The notes under the pieces were generated by a model. The model did no database searches and was not told where the DNA came from. It saw only the letters and a program-made list of their open reading frames with translations. Shown piece after piece: positions 9,452 to 18,107 of a stretch of 64,000 nt of DNA (positions within the stretch are counted from its first letter, which is position 1; every line of letters begins with the position of its first letter). The stretch is from NCBI GenBank assembly GCA_963783385.1, contig CAWANJ010000007.1:128001-192000 (forward strand), given 5' to 3'. The DNA is from an uncultured Gemmatimonadales bacterium. GTDB lineage: Bacteria; Gemmatimonadota; Gemmatimonadetes; Palauibacterales; Palauibacteraceae. The position numbers were made by a program, and so were the translations under genes.

Positions 9452-11356
9452 GTGTCGATGCTGACCGGCTTCACGACCCACCTTCTCCAGGCGGCCCTCC
9501 TCCTGGCCCCCCAGGCCGCGGCGGCGGGATCGTCGACCCCGCCGATGGCGCCCCCGGGAGTCCCCCCGGACACGCTGTGGCAGCAGCGAGTGGCATACAG
9601 CACCGAGGCGCAGCTCGACGAGGATGCCCAGGTCCTCCACGCCGCCGAGGTCGTGCGCTACCAGAACGCCTCCCCGGACACGCTGAGGGCCCTGTTCTTC
9701 CACCTGTACCTGAACGCCTTCCGGCCCCACAGCATCTGGGCGCGCACCGAGCAGAGGAAGCCGTACGACTTCGGCGCGCTCCGGGACCCCGACTACGGGT
9801 ACGAGCGCGTCCGCTCGGCCGAGCTGGTCCCGTGGGGAAGGGGGAGCGGCCGGGGCAGCGGCGCGAGGGAGGGGCGCGGCGCCGGGGGCCGGGACCTGTC
9901 GGCTGCCTACCCGTTCGCCCCGGACTCCACCGTCGTGCGCTTCGACCTGCCGCGGCCGCTGGCGCCGGGCGATTCGCTGCGGGTCCGGATCGAGTGGGAC
10001 GCGCGACCCGCGACCCTGTGCCGGCGACAGTGCCGCGAGGGGCGTCACTGGGATTTCGCGCAGTGGTATCCCCGCGTGGCCGTGTACGACACGGCCGGCT
10101 GGGAGGACCACCCGCTGCATCCGCAGGGGGAGTTCTACGGCGAGTTCGGGAGCTACGACGTGACGCTCGACCTGGCCTCCGACCAGGTGGTGGGGGCCAC
10201 GGGCGTGCCGGTCGACGGGGACCCGGGCTGGAAGCCGGACTCCTCGAGCCCCGACCGGACGGTCGACTACCAGCGCGACTGGTACGGCACTCCAGTGCGG
10301 CTCGATGACCCGGGGATGCTGGACGGTCCGGCGACGGGAGGCCGCAAGCGGGTGCGCTTCCGGGCGGAGCGCGTGCACCACTTCGCGTGGAGCGTCGATC
10401 CCGCCTACCGCTACGAGCAGGGGCACCTGGGCAGGGTCGCGGTCCGCGTGCTGTACCGCCCCGGCGACCTGGACTGGGACCTCGGGGCCGCGGTGCGGCG
10501 CACGATCCGGGCGCTCCGCTGGCTGGGAGGCATCTACGGCCCGTACCCGTGGCCGCAGCTCACCAACCTCCATCGTCTGGAGGGGGGCGGCACCGAGTTC
10601 CCCATGGTGATCATGAACGGCGGGCCGGGGCAGGGGCTCATCACGCACGAGTCCAGCCACCAGTACAACATGGGCATCCTGGCCAACAACGAGTGGAAGG
10701 AGGGCTGGCTCGACGAGGGCATGGCCAGCTTCCTGACCAACTGGTTCGAGCGGGAGCACGGGGTGGCCGACCCCTGGGCTCGCAGCATGCGGTCCGCCCG
10801 GGCGCGGGAGGCGGCGGGCGCCACGCAGGTGGTGTCCGAGGCGTCCGAGAACTTCGCGGACTACGGCACCTACGGCGCCATGATCTACACCAAGGGTTCG
10901 GTCGTCCTGCGCATGCTCCGGTGGCTGGTGGGCGAGCAGCACTTCCGGAAGGGCATGCACCTCTACTACCGTGGCTACCGTTTCCACCACGTGGACGGGG
11001 CCGACCTCGAGGCCGCCATGGAGCGATCCGGCGGGCAGGATCTGGCATGGTTCTTCCACCAATGGCTGCAAACTACGTGGACCCTCGACTACGCGGTGGG
11101 CAAAGTCCGCACCGAGCCCGTTGGCGATGGACGGTGGAGGACGAGCGTCGAGGTGACGCGCCAGGGCAGGGCGTGGATGCCCGTCGACCTGGCCGTCGGG
11201 GACGCGACGGTTCGCCTGGACTCGCGTGACGCGAGCCAGACGGTGACTGTCGTAACGACCGGGAGGCCCGAATCGGTGGTCCTGGATCCCGAGGACGTGC
11301 TCCTGGAGACGGATCGCGAGAACAATCGGAAGGAGCTGGGCGCACAGGACCTCTAG
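9452..11356 (+). CDS. Secreted M1 family metallo-aminopeptidase
   Basis: GGTEFP (GAMEN-like), HESSH..x18..E (WLDEG), YTKGS and AQWYPR motifs; signal peptide. Confidence 0.9.
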   Translation: MSMLTGFTTHLLQAALLLAPQAAAAGSSTPPMAPPGVPPDTLWQQRVAYSTEAQLDEDAQVLHAAEVVRYQNASPDTLRALFFHLYLNAFRPHSIWARTEQRKPYDFGALRDPDYGYERVRSAELVPWGRGSGRGSGAREGRGAGGRDLSAAYPFAPDSTVVRFDLPRPLAPGDSLRVRIEWDARPATLCRRQCREGRHWDFAQWYPRVAVYDTAGWEDHPLHPQGEFYGEFGSYDVTLDLASDQVVGATGVPVDGDPGWKPDSSSPDRTVDYQRDWYGTPVRLDDPGMLDGPATGGRKRVRFRAERVHHFAWSVDPAYRYEQGHLGRVAVRVLYRPGDLDWDLGAAVRRTIRALRWLGGIYGPYPWPQLTNLHRLEGGGTEFPMVIMNGGPGQGLITHESSHQYNMGILANNEWKEGWLDEGMASFLTNWFEREHGVADPWARSMRSARAREAAGATQVVSEASENFADYGTYGAMIYTKGSVVLRMLRWLVGEQHFRKGMHLYYRGYRFHHVDGADLEAAMERSGGQDLAWFFHQWLQTTWTLDYAVGKVRTEPVGDGRWRTSVEVTRQGRAWMPVDLAVGDATVRLDSRDASQTVTVVTTGRPESVVLDPEDVLLETDRENNRKELGAQDL

Positions 11357-11373
11357 CCAACAGGAGTAAACGC

Positions 11374-11763
11374 ATGCGTAAATGGAGCGGAGCTATCGTC
11401 GTGGGGCTCGGCGCCCTGCTGGCCGTCAGCGGGCCCGCGGCGGCCCAACAGGCGCACGTCGTTTCATCCTCGGAGGTCGATCAGGCAGTCCGCACGGCGA
11501 GTACGCCCGCGGCCGCCGAGCGCGCGGCCCTGCGCAGGCTGCTGGCCCGGCCGCAGACCCAGGCCGTGGCCGACCGCTACGGCCTGGACCTCGAGCGGGC
11601 GCGCGACGCGGTGGCCACGCTGGACGGCCCCGAGCTGGCGCAGCTCGGCGCCCGTGCCCAGCGGCTCGATGCCGCGCTGGCCGGCGGAGCCGACACCGTC
11701 ATCATCCCGGTTACCACGATCATCATCGCGCTTCTCGTTCTCGTCATCATCCTCGTGTCATGA
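11374..11763 (+). CDS. PA2779-like small secreted protein with C-terminal Gly-Gly and hydrophobic tail
   Basis: 129 aa; Sec signal ending AAA-QQ; helical middle (RARDAVATLDGPELAQL); LAGG then ADTVIIPVTTIIIALLVLVIILVS; AGGAG RBS; adjacent to a C39 peptidase. Confidence 0.75.
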   Translation: MRKWSGAIVVGLGALLAVSGPAAAQQAHVVSSSEVDQAVRTASTPAAAERAALRRLLARPQTQAVADRYGLDLERARDAVATLDGPELAQLGARAQRLDAALAGGADTVIIPVTTIIIALLVLVIILVS

Positions 11764-13901
11764 GGCCACGCGGCCGGGCGGCTGCTGCCGCCCTGGCCGC
11801 GCTCCTCGAGCTGGGCGCCCCCTGGCGTCCGGTGGCCGCTCTCCAGACGCCCGGCGTCGCCTCCGATACGACGCCGGGCGTTTCCGTCCTGGACGTGCCC
11901 TACGTGCCCCAGTCGGAGGAGCTGTGCGGCGGGGCGGCGGCGGTCATGGTGTTTCGCTACTGGGGCGTGGATTCGGTGGCTGTCCGCGAGTTCGCGCCGC
12001 TGGTGGACGATTCCGCCCGCGGGATCCGCACCGGGACGCTCACCGACGAGATCCGCTCCCTGGGCTGGAGGGCGGTGGCCTTCCGGGGCAGCCTGCCCGA
12101 GCTCCGCCGGCAGCTGGCGCGGGGACGGCCGGTCATCGTGCTGCTCCGAATGGGGCCCGACCGGTACCACTACGTGGTCGTGGTGGCGGCCGACGACGGG
12201 ACGGTCCTCGTGCACGACCCCGCCCGCGCCCCGTTCCGGAAGCTGTCGGTGGCGGAATTCCGGAGCATGTGGGCGCCGACCGGGGCGTGGTCGCTGCTCG
12301 TGGTTCCCGCCCGCCACCGGGTCGATTCCCTGCGTGCGGCCCCCGCGGATTCCACGTCGGCGGCCCCCGCTCCGCGAGCCGCCGACTCGGCGGCGGAGCG
12401 CACCGCCGTCCCTCCTCCCGCGGGACCCTCGGCCTGCCACGAGCGGGTCGGGGACGCCGTCCGCATGGCCAGGGATGGCGACATGGCCGGGGCCGCTCGG
12501 GTGCTGGAGGCGACCGCGGCCGCCTGTCCGGATTCCGCGTCTCCCCTCCGCGAGCTGTCCGGCGTCCGCTTCCAGCAGCGGCGGTGGATGGAGGCTGCCG
12601 CCGCGGCTCGCCGGGCCCTCGCGCTCGAGCCCGGCGACCCGTACACGACGCGGCTCCTCGCCGGAGATCTGTACATGGCGGGCCGCCGCGAGGAGGCGCT
12701 CCGAACCTGGAACGAGGTCGGCGAGCCCCGCGTCTCGTCCCTGCGTGTGTACGGGCTCGAGCGGGTGCGCTACCGGGTCGTGGCCCGCCGCGTGGACCTG
12801 CCCCGCGACAGCCTCCTGACCCGGCGCCGGCTGGCCCTGGTGCGCCGCCGCCTGGACGCGGTGCCGGGGTTCGCGGCGACGCGGGTGGACTGGGGCTACC
12901 AGGGCGCGGGCCGGGCCGAACTGCGCGTGGCCGTGCTGGAGCGGCGACCGCTGCCGGGGGGAGTGCCGGGCCTGGTGCTCTCCCTGGCCGCCGGTCTCCC
13001 CCAGCGGGTGGTGCGCGTTCGGACCGGCAGCCTGTTCGGGGACGGGGAGCGCATGAGCGCCGCCTGGCGCTGGTGGAGCGAGAGGCCGCGCGTGTCGCTG
13101 GACGTCCAGGGGCCCGATGCATTCGGCCTGACCGGGATCTGGGACGCGGGGGGGTCGTGGGAGCGGGAGGCGTTTCGCGTGCCGGCGGCTTCCGGGCCCG
13201 CCGACACCCTGCGCGAGGAGCGCTGGAGCGCCGGCCTGGCGCTGGACGCGTGGGGGACCCCCTTCCTGCGGTGGCGGGTCGGCGTGTCCCTGGATCGGTG
13301 GGCCGGACGCGGGACGGCGCCCGGCGTGGCCGCGGGCGTTGAGCTCCTGGGCGCCGGGGACCGCGTGAGGCTGGTAGCCGGGGGGCGGGCGTGGCCCGGA
13401 CCCGACGGCGCCTTCGGTGCGGGGCGGGCGGAGCTCGGCTGGCGATCCGCGGAGCGCCCGCGGGGTGTGGTTCTCTCCTCGAGGGTCGGGTACGCGGCCG
13501 CCTCCGCCCGGGCTCCCTTGCAGCTATGGCCGGGGGCCGGCACGGGCCACGCCCGGCCGACCCTGCTGCGGGCCCACCCGCTGCTGGAGGGCGGCGTGGT
13601 CTCGGGTCCCGCGTTCGGACGGAGGGTGGCATACGCCGGGGCGGAGATGACCGCCTGGTATGCCGGGCTCGCGCCCCTGGCGGTCGGGCCCGCGCTGTTC
13701 GTGGACTTCGCCCGGGCCTGGAGCCGCCCGGGCGGGGGGGCGAGCCCGGCCGAGGTGGACGTGGGGGCCGGGCTTCGCCTGGCCGTTCCGGGGACGCCGT
13801 CCCGTCTCCGCCTCGACGTGGCGCACGGGCTGCGGGACGGGGAGAACGCCGTGTCGATCGGATGGGAGGGAGTCTGGCCCGGGGACGGCAGCCAGCGCTG
13901 A
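11760..13901 (+). CDS. C39-like cysteine peptidase - TPR - POTRA - Omp85/TamA-like beta-barrel fusion
   Basis: ATGA overlap with the upstream gene; VPYVPQSEELCGGAA (Gln/Cys), YHYVVV..VHDP (His/Asp), TPR-like helices, POTRA-like segment, barrel motifs SLFGDGE, LFVDFARAW, VGAGLRL..LRLDVAHG. Confidence 0.75.
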   Translation: MRPRGRAAAAALAALLELGAPWRPVAALQTPGVASDTTPGVSVLDVPYVPQSEELCGGAAAVMVFRYWGVDSVAVREFAPLVDDSARGIRTGTLTDEIRSLGWRAVAFRGSLPELRRQLARGRPVIVLLRMGPDRYHYVVVVAADDGTVLVHDPARAPFRKLSVAEFRSMWAPTGAWSLLVVPARHRVDSLRAAPADSTSAAPAPRAADSAAERTAVPPPAGPSACHERVGDAVRMARDGDMAGAARVLEATAAACPDSASPLRELSGVRFQQRRWMEAAAAARRALALEPGDPYTTRLLAGDLYMAGRREEALRTWNEVGEPRVSSLRVYGLERVRYRVVARRVDLPRDSLLTRRRLALVRRRLDAVPGFAATRVDWGYQGAGRAELRVAVLERRPLPGGVPGLVLSLAAGLPQRVVRVRTGSLFGDGERMSAAWRWWSERPRVSLDVQGPDAFGLTGIWDAGGSWEREAFRVPAASGPADTLREERWSAGLALDAWGTPFLRWRVGVSLDRWAGRGTAPGVAAGVELLGAGDRVRLVAGGRAWPGPDGAFGAGRAELGWRSAERPRGVVLSSRVGYAAASARAPLQLWPGAGTGHARPTLLRAHPLLEGGVVSGPAFGRRVAYAGAEMTAWYAGLAPLAVGPALFVDFARAWSRPGGGASPAEVDVGAGLRLAVPGTPSRLRLDVAHGLRDGENAVSIGWEGVWPGDGSQR

Positions 13902-13927
13902 GAGGCTCCCGGCGGCCGACGCGCGGC

Positions 13928-14323
13928 TCAGCCGGCCAGCAGCTCCCGGGTGGCCTCCTGGGCCGGCGATGGGTCGAGGGGCACCGCGATGACCAGGGCC
14001 CTCCGGTTACGCTGCTGGGGCAGGTGGAGCAGGAGCGGTCCGTCCGGGGGGACCCCGTTCGCATCCTCGGCGCGCCCGTCGGGGCCCACGGCCACGGCCC
14101 GGCCCGGATCGAGCCGGGCCGCCAACCACAGGCCGTAGTCCAGCCACGCGGCGACGCCGGCCTCCCCCTGCGCCTCTCCATCGGGGGAGAGCTCGTTCTC
14201 GTAGCGCTGGACGGCCTCGCGGTAGGCGTCGGGATCCCGGTCGCGGAGCTGCTTGAGGATCTCCCGGCACGGCGGACGTGGGTCCGAGAGCCCGCGGGCC
14301 TCCAGGGCCTCCTCGAGCGTCAC
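13928..14323 (-). CDS. Hypothetical protein downstream of rho
   Basis: 131-aa ORF starting 7 bp after the rho stop; plausible protein composition. Confidence 0.7.
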   Translation of the reverse strand: MTLEEALEARGLSDPRPPCREILKQLRDRDPDAYREAVQRYENELSPDGEAQGEAGVAAWLDYGLWLAARLDPGRAVAVGPDGRAEDANGVPPDGPLLLHLPQQRNRRALVIAVPLDPSPAQEATRELLAG

Positions 14324-14330
14324 GGCCCGG

Positions 14331-15584
14331 TCACTCTCCCGCCGTCATCGAGTCCAGGAACTCCTGGTTGGTCCTGGTGCGATTGAGACGCTCGATGAGG
14401 AACTGCACCGCCTCGGCCGGCGGCATGTCGGAGAGGAAGTTCCGCAGGAGGTACATGCGGTTGAGCTCCGTGTCGGTGAGCAGGAGCTCCTCCTTACGGG
14501 TGCTGGAACGATTGAGGTCGATGGCCGGATAGATGCGCTTGTCGGCGATCTGGCGGTCGAGGATGACCTCGCTGTTCCCCGTCCCCTTGAACTCCTCGAA
14601 GATCACCTCGTCCATGCGGCTCCCGGTCTCAACCAGGGCGGTGGCGCAGATCGTGAGGCTGCCTCCCTCCTCGATGTTGCGCGCCGCGCCGAAGAAGCGC
14701 TTGGGCTTGTGGAGCGCGTTGGCGTCCACGCCGCCCGAAAGGATCTTGCCGCTGTGCGGGACCGTGGTGTTGTAGGCGCGCGCCAGGCGCGTGATCGAGT
14801 CGAGCAGGATCACGACATCCTGGCGGTACTCCACCAGCCGCTTGGCCTTCTCCAGCACCATCTCCGCCACCTGGGTGTGGCGGTCGGCGGGCTCGTCGAA
14901 CGTGGACGAGATGATCTCCGCGTCCACGTGCTCCTCCATGTCCGTCACCTCCTCCGGCCGCTCATCGATGAGGAGCACGATGAGCTTGCACTCGGGGTGG
15001 TTTTCTAGTACCGAATTTGCGATCTTTTGGAGGAGCATCGTCTTCCCGGCCTTGGGCGGGGAGACGATGAGCGAGCGCTGTCCCTTACCGATCGGGGCGA
15101 CCAGGTCCAGGATCCGCATCGAGACGTCGCCGTCCAGGCGTTCTAGCTGCAGCCGCTCCTCGGGATAGCGCGGCCTGAGGTTGTCGAACCCGATGCGGTG
15201 CTTGGCCTTCTCCGGGTCGTCCCCGTTGACGGTCTCGACCTTGAGCAGCGCCAGGTACCGCTCGCCCTCCTTGGGTGGACGCACCTGGCCCAGGACCGTG
15301 TCCCCGGTGCGGAGATCGAAGCGCTTGATCTGGGACGGAGACACGTAGATGTCGTCCGGGCCGTACAGGTAGTTCCAGTCCTGGCTGCGCAGGAAGCCGT
15401 ATCCCTCGGGCAGGATCTCGAGCACCCCCTCGCCGCGGAGCACGGTGTCCGTGTCCAGGAGGCTCTGCTCGATGCGGAAGATGAGGTCCTGCTTCCGCAG
15501 CCCCGAGTAGTTGTGAATGCTGAGATCGTCGGCCAGCTCGTGCAGCTCGCCGATCGACTTGGATTTCAACTCTGCGATGTCCAC
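14331..15584 (-). CDS. rho: Transcription termination factor Rho
   Basis: [23 protein letters not shown] Walker [32 protein letters not shown]. Confidence 0.98.
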   Translation of the reverse strand: MDIAELKSKSIGELHELADDLSIHNYSGLRKQDLIFRIEQSLLDTDTVLRGEGVLEILPEGYGFLRSQDWNYLYGPDDIYVSPSQIKRFDLRTGDTVLGQVRPPKEGERYLALLKVETVNGDDPEKAKHRIGFDNLRPRYPEERLQLERLDGDVSMRILDLVAPIGKGQRSLIVSPPKAGKTMLLQKIANSVLENHPECKLIVLLIDERPEEVTDMEEHVDAEIISSTFDEPADRHTQVAEMVLEKAKRLVEYRQDVVILLDSITRLARAYNTTVPHSGKILSGGVDANALHKPKRFFGAARNIEEGGSLTICATALVETGSRMDEVIFEEFKGTGNSEVILDRQIADKRIYPAIDLNRSSTRKEELLLTDTELNRMYLLRNFLSDMPPAEAVQFLIERLNRTRTNQEFLDSMTAGE

Positions 15585-15759
15585 CAGGTGTGCTCCGATG
15601 ATGTGTGCGGTGGGATCGGGCCCGGCCTCGATGACGAGGGGGCGTCGTTCGCCCGAGCGTGGCGGCCGTCTCTCCGTGCCGCTGTAGTGGGAAGTCGCTG
15701 AGCCGTCGGAAGAGAGGGACCGAACCGTCGGGCGAAGTCACGGCCCGGTTGGTATTGGC

Positions 15760-15789
15760 ACCTTAATCCGACGTAGCACCTCCGGTCAA
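15760..15789 (-). promoter_or_regulatory. Putative sigma70-type promoter of rho
   Basis: TTGACC-N18-TAAGGT on the minus strand, about 175 nt upstream of the rho start. Confidence 0.45.
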
Positions 15790-16036
15790 GAGAGGCCGCG
15801 GGAAGCTCGGAATTCCCGCCTCTCCGGGCAGGATCGCCCCGGCGGCCCCTGCCGGACCGGTCGGGGTAGTTAGAACGACTTGACCGAACACATGGTCGTG
15901 TGTGTATTTTGTATACGAGCCGTCGGGATCGCAAGTTCCTGTCGGTTGACGGGACCCCGGGAGTGGGGCTCCCGCTGCGGCAGGCGCGTGAGGCGCCCGG
16001 CCCACCCGGACCTTGAAAGCCAGGCAGGAGGCATGG

Positions 16037-16402
16037 ATGGCCCGCCACAACCGTCAAGCCAAGGGCGTCGACCAGCACGGTGACCTCTGGCACATCAGCT
16101 ACCAGCCCGACTGGATCGACCGTGTCAAGATCTCGCGCGAACTGCCCGACGGACGGCGACGCTCGACGGTGACGCTGTTCAAGAACGAAGCGGACCGGGC
16201 CGAGGCCGAGCCGGGCAAGGTCGTCCGAACGCGAATCAGCGCGGCGGACGGGTCGGCGGGCTTCGAGGTCTCGCTCGAGGACGACGACTCCATCGTCGAG
16301 CGCATCGTGGTCGTCACGAGGCGCAAGCGGGGCCGGAAGGAGGAGGAGGTCCACTTCGTCCTGCACGGGGACCTGGATCCGCCTTCCGGGGACGGCATCT
16401 AG
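16037..16402 (+). CDS. Small hypothetical protein
   Basis: AGGAGG RBS 5 nt before ATG 16037; 121 aa, no recognisable motif. Confidence 0.7.
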   Translation: MARHNRQAKGVDQHGDLWHISYQPDWIDRVKISRELPDGRRRSTVTLFKNEADRAEAEPGKVVRTRISAADGSAGFEVSLEDDDSIVERIVVVTRRKRGRKEEEVHFVLHGDLDPPSGDGI

Positions 16403-16435
16403 CCCGACGGGCCGGCGCCCCGCCGGGGGCGCGGC

Positions 16436-17404
16436 TCAGAAGAGCGCGAAGCGGAGCCAGCGCAGGGGGTCGGCGATCAACTCCGCTTTGACGCTGTCCA
16501 AGCGTGCCCGGAACAGCGCCCTCTCCCGCTGGATGGCCCGGTCGTGGAGGATGCGTCCGGCCGTGCCGCGCCCTTCGGCCAGGCGGGTCTCCACGACGCG
16601 GACCCGCTGCCGGAGGCTGTCGAGCGTGGCCGACAGGACCGCGCGCTCCCGTCCGGAGCGCGCCAGCACGCCGTCCGGGGCGGTCATGGAGTCCAGCCGA
16701 GCCCGCAGGCGGTGGGCCTCCTGCCGGAGGGCGGTGTCCCGGAGGATCCTGGCTGCCGTGCCTCCCGGCGCGGCCAGGGCCAGTTCCCGGCTGCGATCGA
16801 GGTCCGCCGCGAGGCGCCTCAGCCGCTCGGGGTGACGCCGGAGGGAAGCCAGGGTGCCCGGCCCCTCCTCCAGCCTGCGGACGAGGGCGCGGCCCTCCGG
16901 GGCCAGGCGATGGAGGCGGGCGCGGAGGGTGTCGGCCCGGGCCATGATCTCCTCGACGCTGAGCTCCGGTTGCGCCTGCAGCGTGTCGCCGTACCGGAAG
17001 GGCCGGTCCACGTCGCGGCCCGGATCCAGGCTGAGGACCGTGGGAGCCATGAGGGACGAGGCCTTCAGCGAAGCCGTGGCGTCGGCGCGCAGGATCCACT
17101 CCGCTCCGGGCTCCAGCACGGCCCCGATCATCACGGGACCCCGCCCAGCGTGCGGGCGCACGAGGCGGATCGACTCTACCCGGCCGGCCACCACGCCGGC
17201 GATCCACACGTCGGCGCCCACCTCGAGCCCCTGCGCCGCGGAGGCCTCGACCACCAGGTGGGGGCCTTCCGACAGCTCGCGCTGCAGCTCGTCCAGGAAG
17301 AACACCATGCCCGAGGCGAGGACGAGCACGGCGAGCAGGATCGCTCCGAGGCGCAGCTGCGGCCACGTGACCGCCTGCTCCCGGACGGGGCCTCCCGGAC
17401 TCAC
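16436..17404 (-). CDS. MCE/MlaD family protein with long helical tail
   Basis: N-terminal TM helix, GLEVGADVWIAGVVAGRV MCE motif, GTAGRILHD tail. Confidence 0.85.
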   Translation of the reverse strand: MSPGGPVREQAVTWPQLRLGAILLAVLVLASGMVFFLDELQRELSEGPHLVVEASAAQGLEVGADVWIAGVVAGRVESIRLVRPHAGRGPVMIGAVLEPGAEWILRADATASLKASSLMAPTVLSLDPGRDVDRPFRYGDTLQAQPELSVEEIMARADTLRARLHRLAPEGRALVRRLEEGPGTLASLRRHPERLRRLAADLDRSRELALAAPGGTAARILRDTALRQEAHRLRARLDSMTAPDGVLARSGRERAVLSATLDSLRQRVRVVETRLAEGRGTAGRILHDRAIQRERALFRARLDSVKAELIADPLRWLRFALF

Positions 17405-17444
17405 GCCGCGGCCCCGTTCCGCCCGGACCGCCGCCGGATCGCGG

Positions 17445-18107
17445 TCAGAAGGTCCAGAACAGGCTCGCCATGATCCGGTCGGCGCCGCGGTTCACCGATC
17501 CGAGCTCGGCGACGTCGAAGAGGCTCTGGAGCTGCATCGTGTAGTGTCGCCATTCCAGGCGTCCTCCCCAGCGGGACGAGAGGCGGGCTTCCACGCCGCC
17601 CCCCAGCACGAACGCGTTCTGAGACCGCGTCGGAAGCCCGGACCGGGCGGGATCGAACACCAGGGTCCCCAGCCCGAACTCCGCGAAGGGTACCACACCC
17701 GCCGAGACCAGGGGATCCAGGGCCAGGCGTGGCTCGGCCACCACCTCCACCAGGTAGCCGTGCACGTCGGTGGAGTCCGCGCCATCCACGACACGCTCGG
17801 GCGTGTAGGCCACGCCGAGGCGGACGGACAGGTAGCGAAGCAGTCGCCGTCCCACGTCCAGTCCCCAGGCGGACGCGTTCCGGGGTGTGCGGGAGGCCGA
17901 GCCGCTCCACAGCAGCGCGCTCCCGGTCATCCCGATGCGGAACTGGCGCGGCGCCGGCGGATTCTCGGGGCCGTAGGCGGCGGCCGAGTCGGCCGCCGCG
18001 GCGGAATCGGCCGCCGCGCCCGCGGCCTGGGCGCGGAGGGGTCCGCCGGACAGGAGGAAGGTCAGCGCCACGGCCGCGAGGATCGAGGCTGCACGTCGGA
18101 TCTTCAT
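17445..18107 (-). CDS. Small outer-membrane beta-barrel protein
   Basis: Signal peptide MKIRRAASILAAVALT; alternating amphipathic strands (VPFAEFGLG, GGGVEARL); C-terminal Phe (ASLFWTF); ATGA overlap with the TolC gene. Confidence 0.75.
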   Translation of the reverse strand: MKIRRAASILAAVALTFLLSGGPLRAQAAGAAADSAAAADSAAAYGPENPPAPRQFRIGMTGSALLWSGSASRTPRNASAWGLDVGRRLLRYLSVRLGVAYTPERVVDGADSTDVHGYLVEVVAEPRLALDPLVSAGVVPFAEFGLGTLVFDPARSGLPTRSQNAFVLGGGVEARLSSRWGGRLEWRHYTMQLQSLFDVAELGSVNRGADRIMASLFWTF

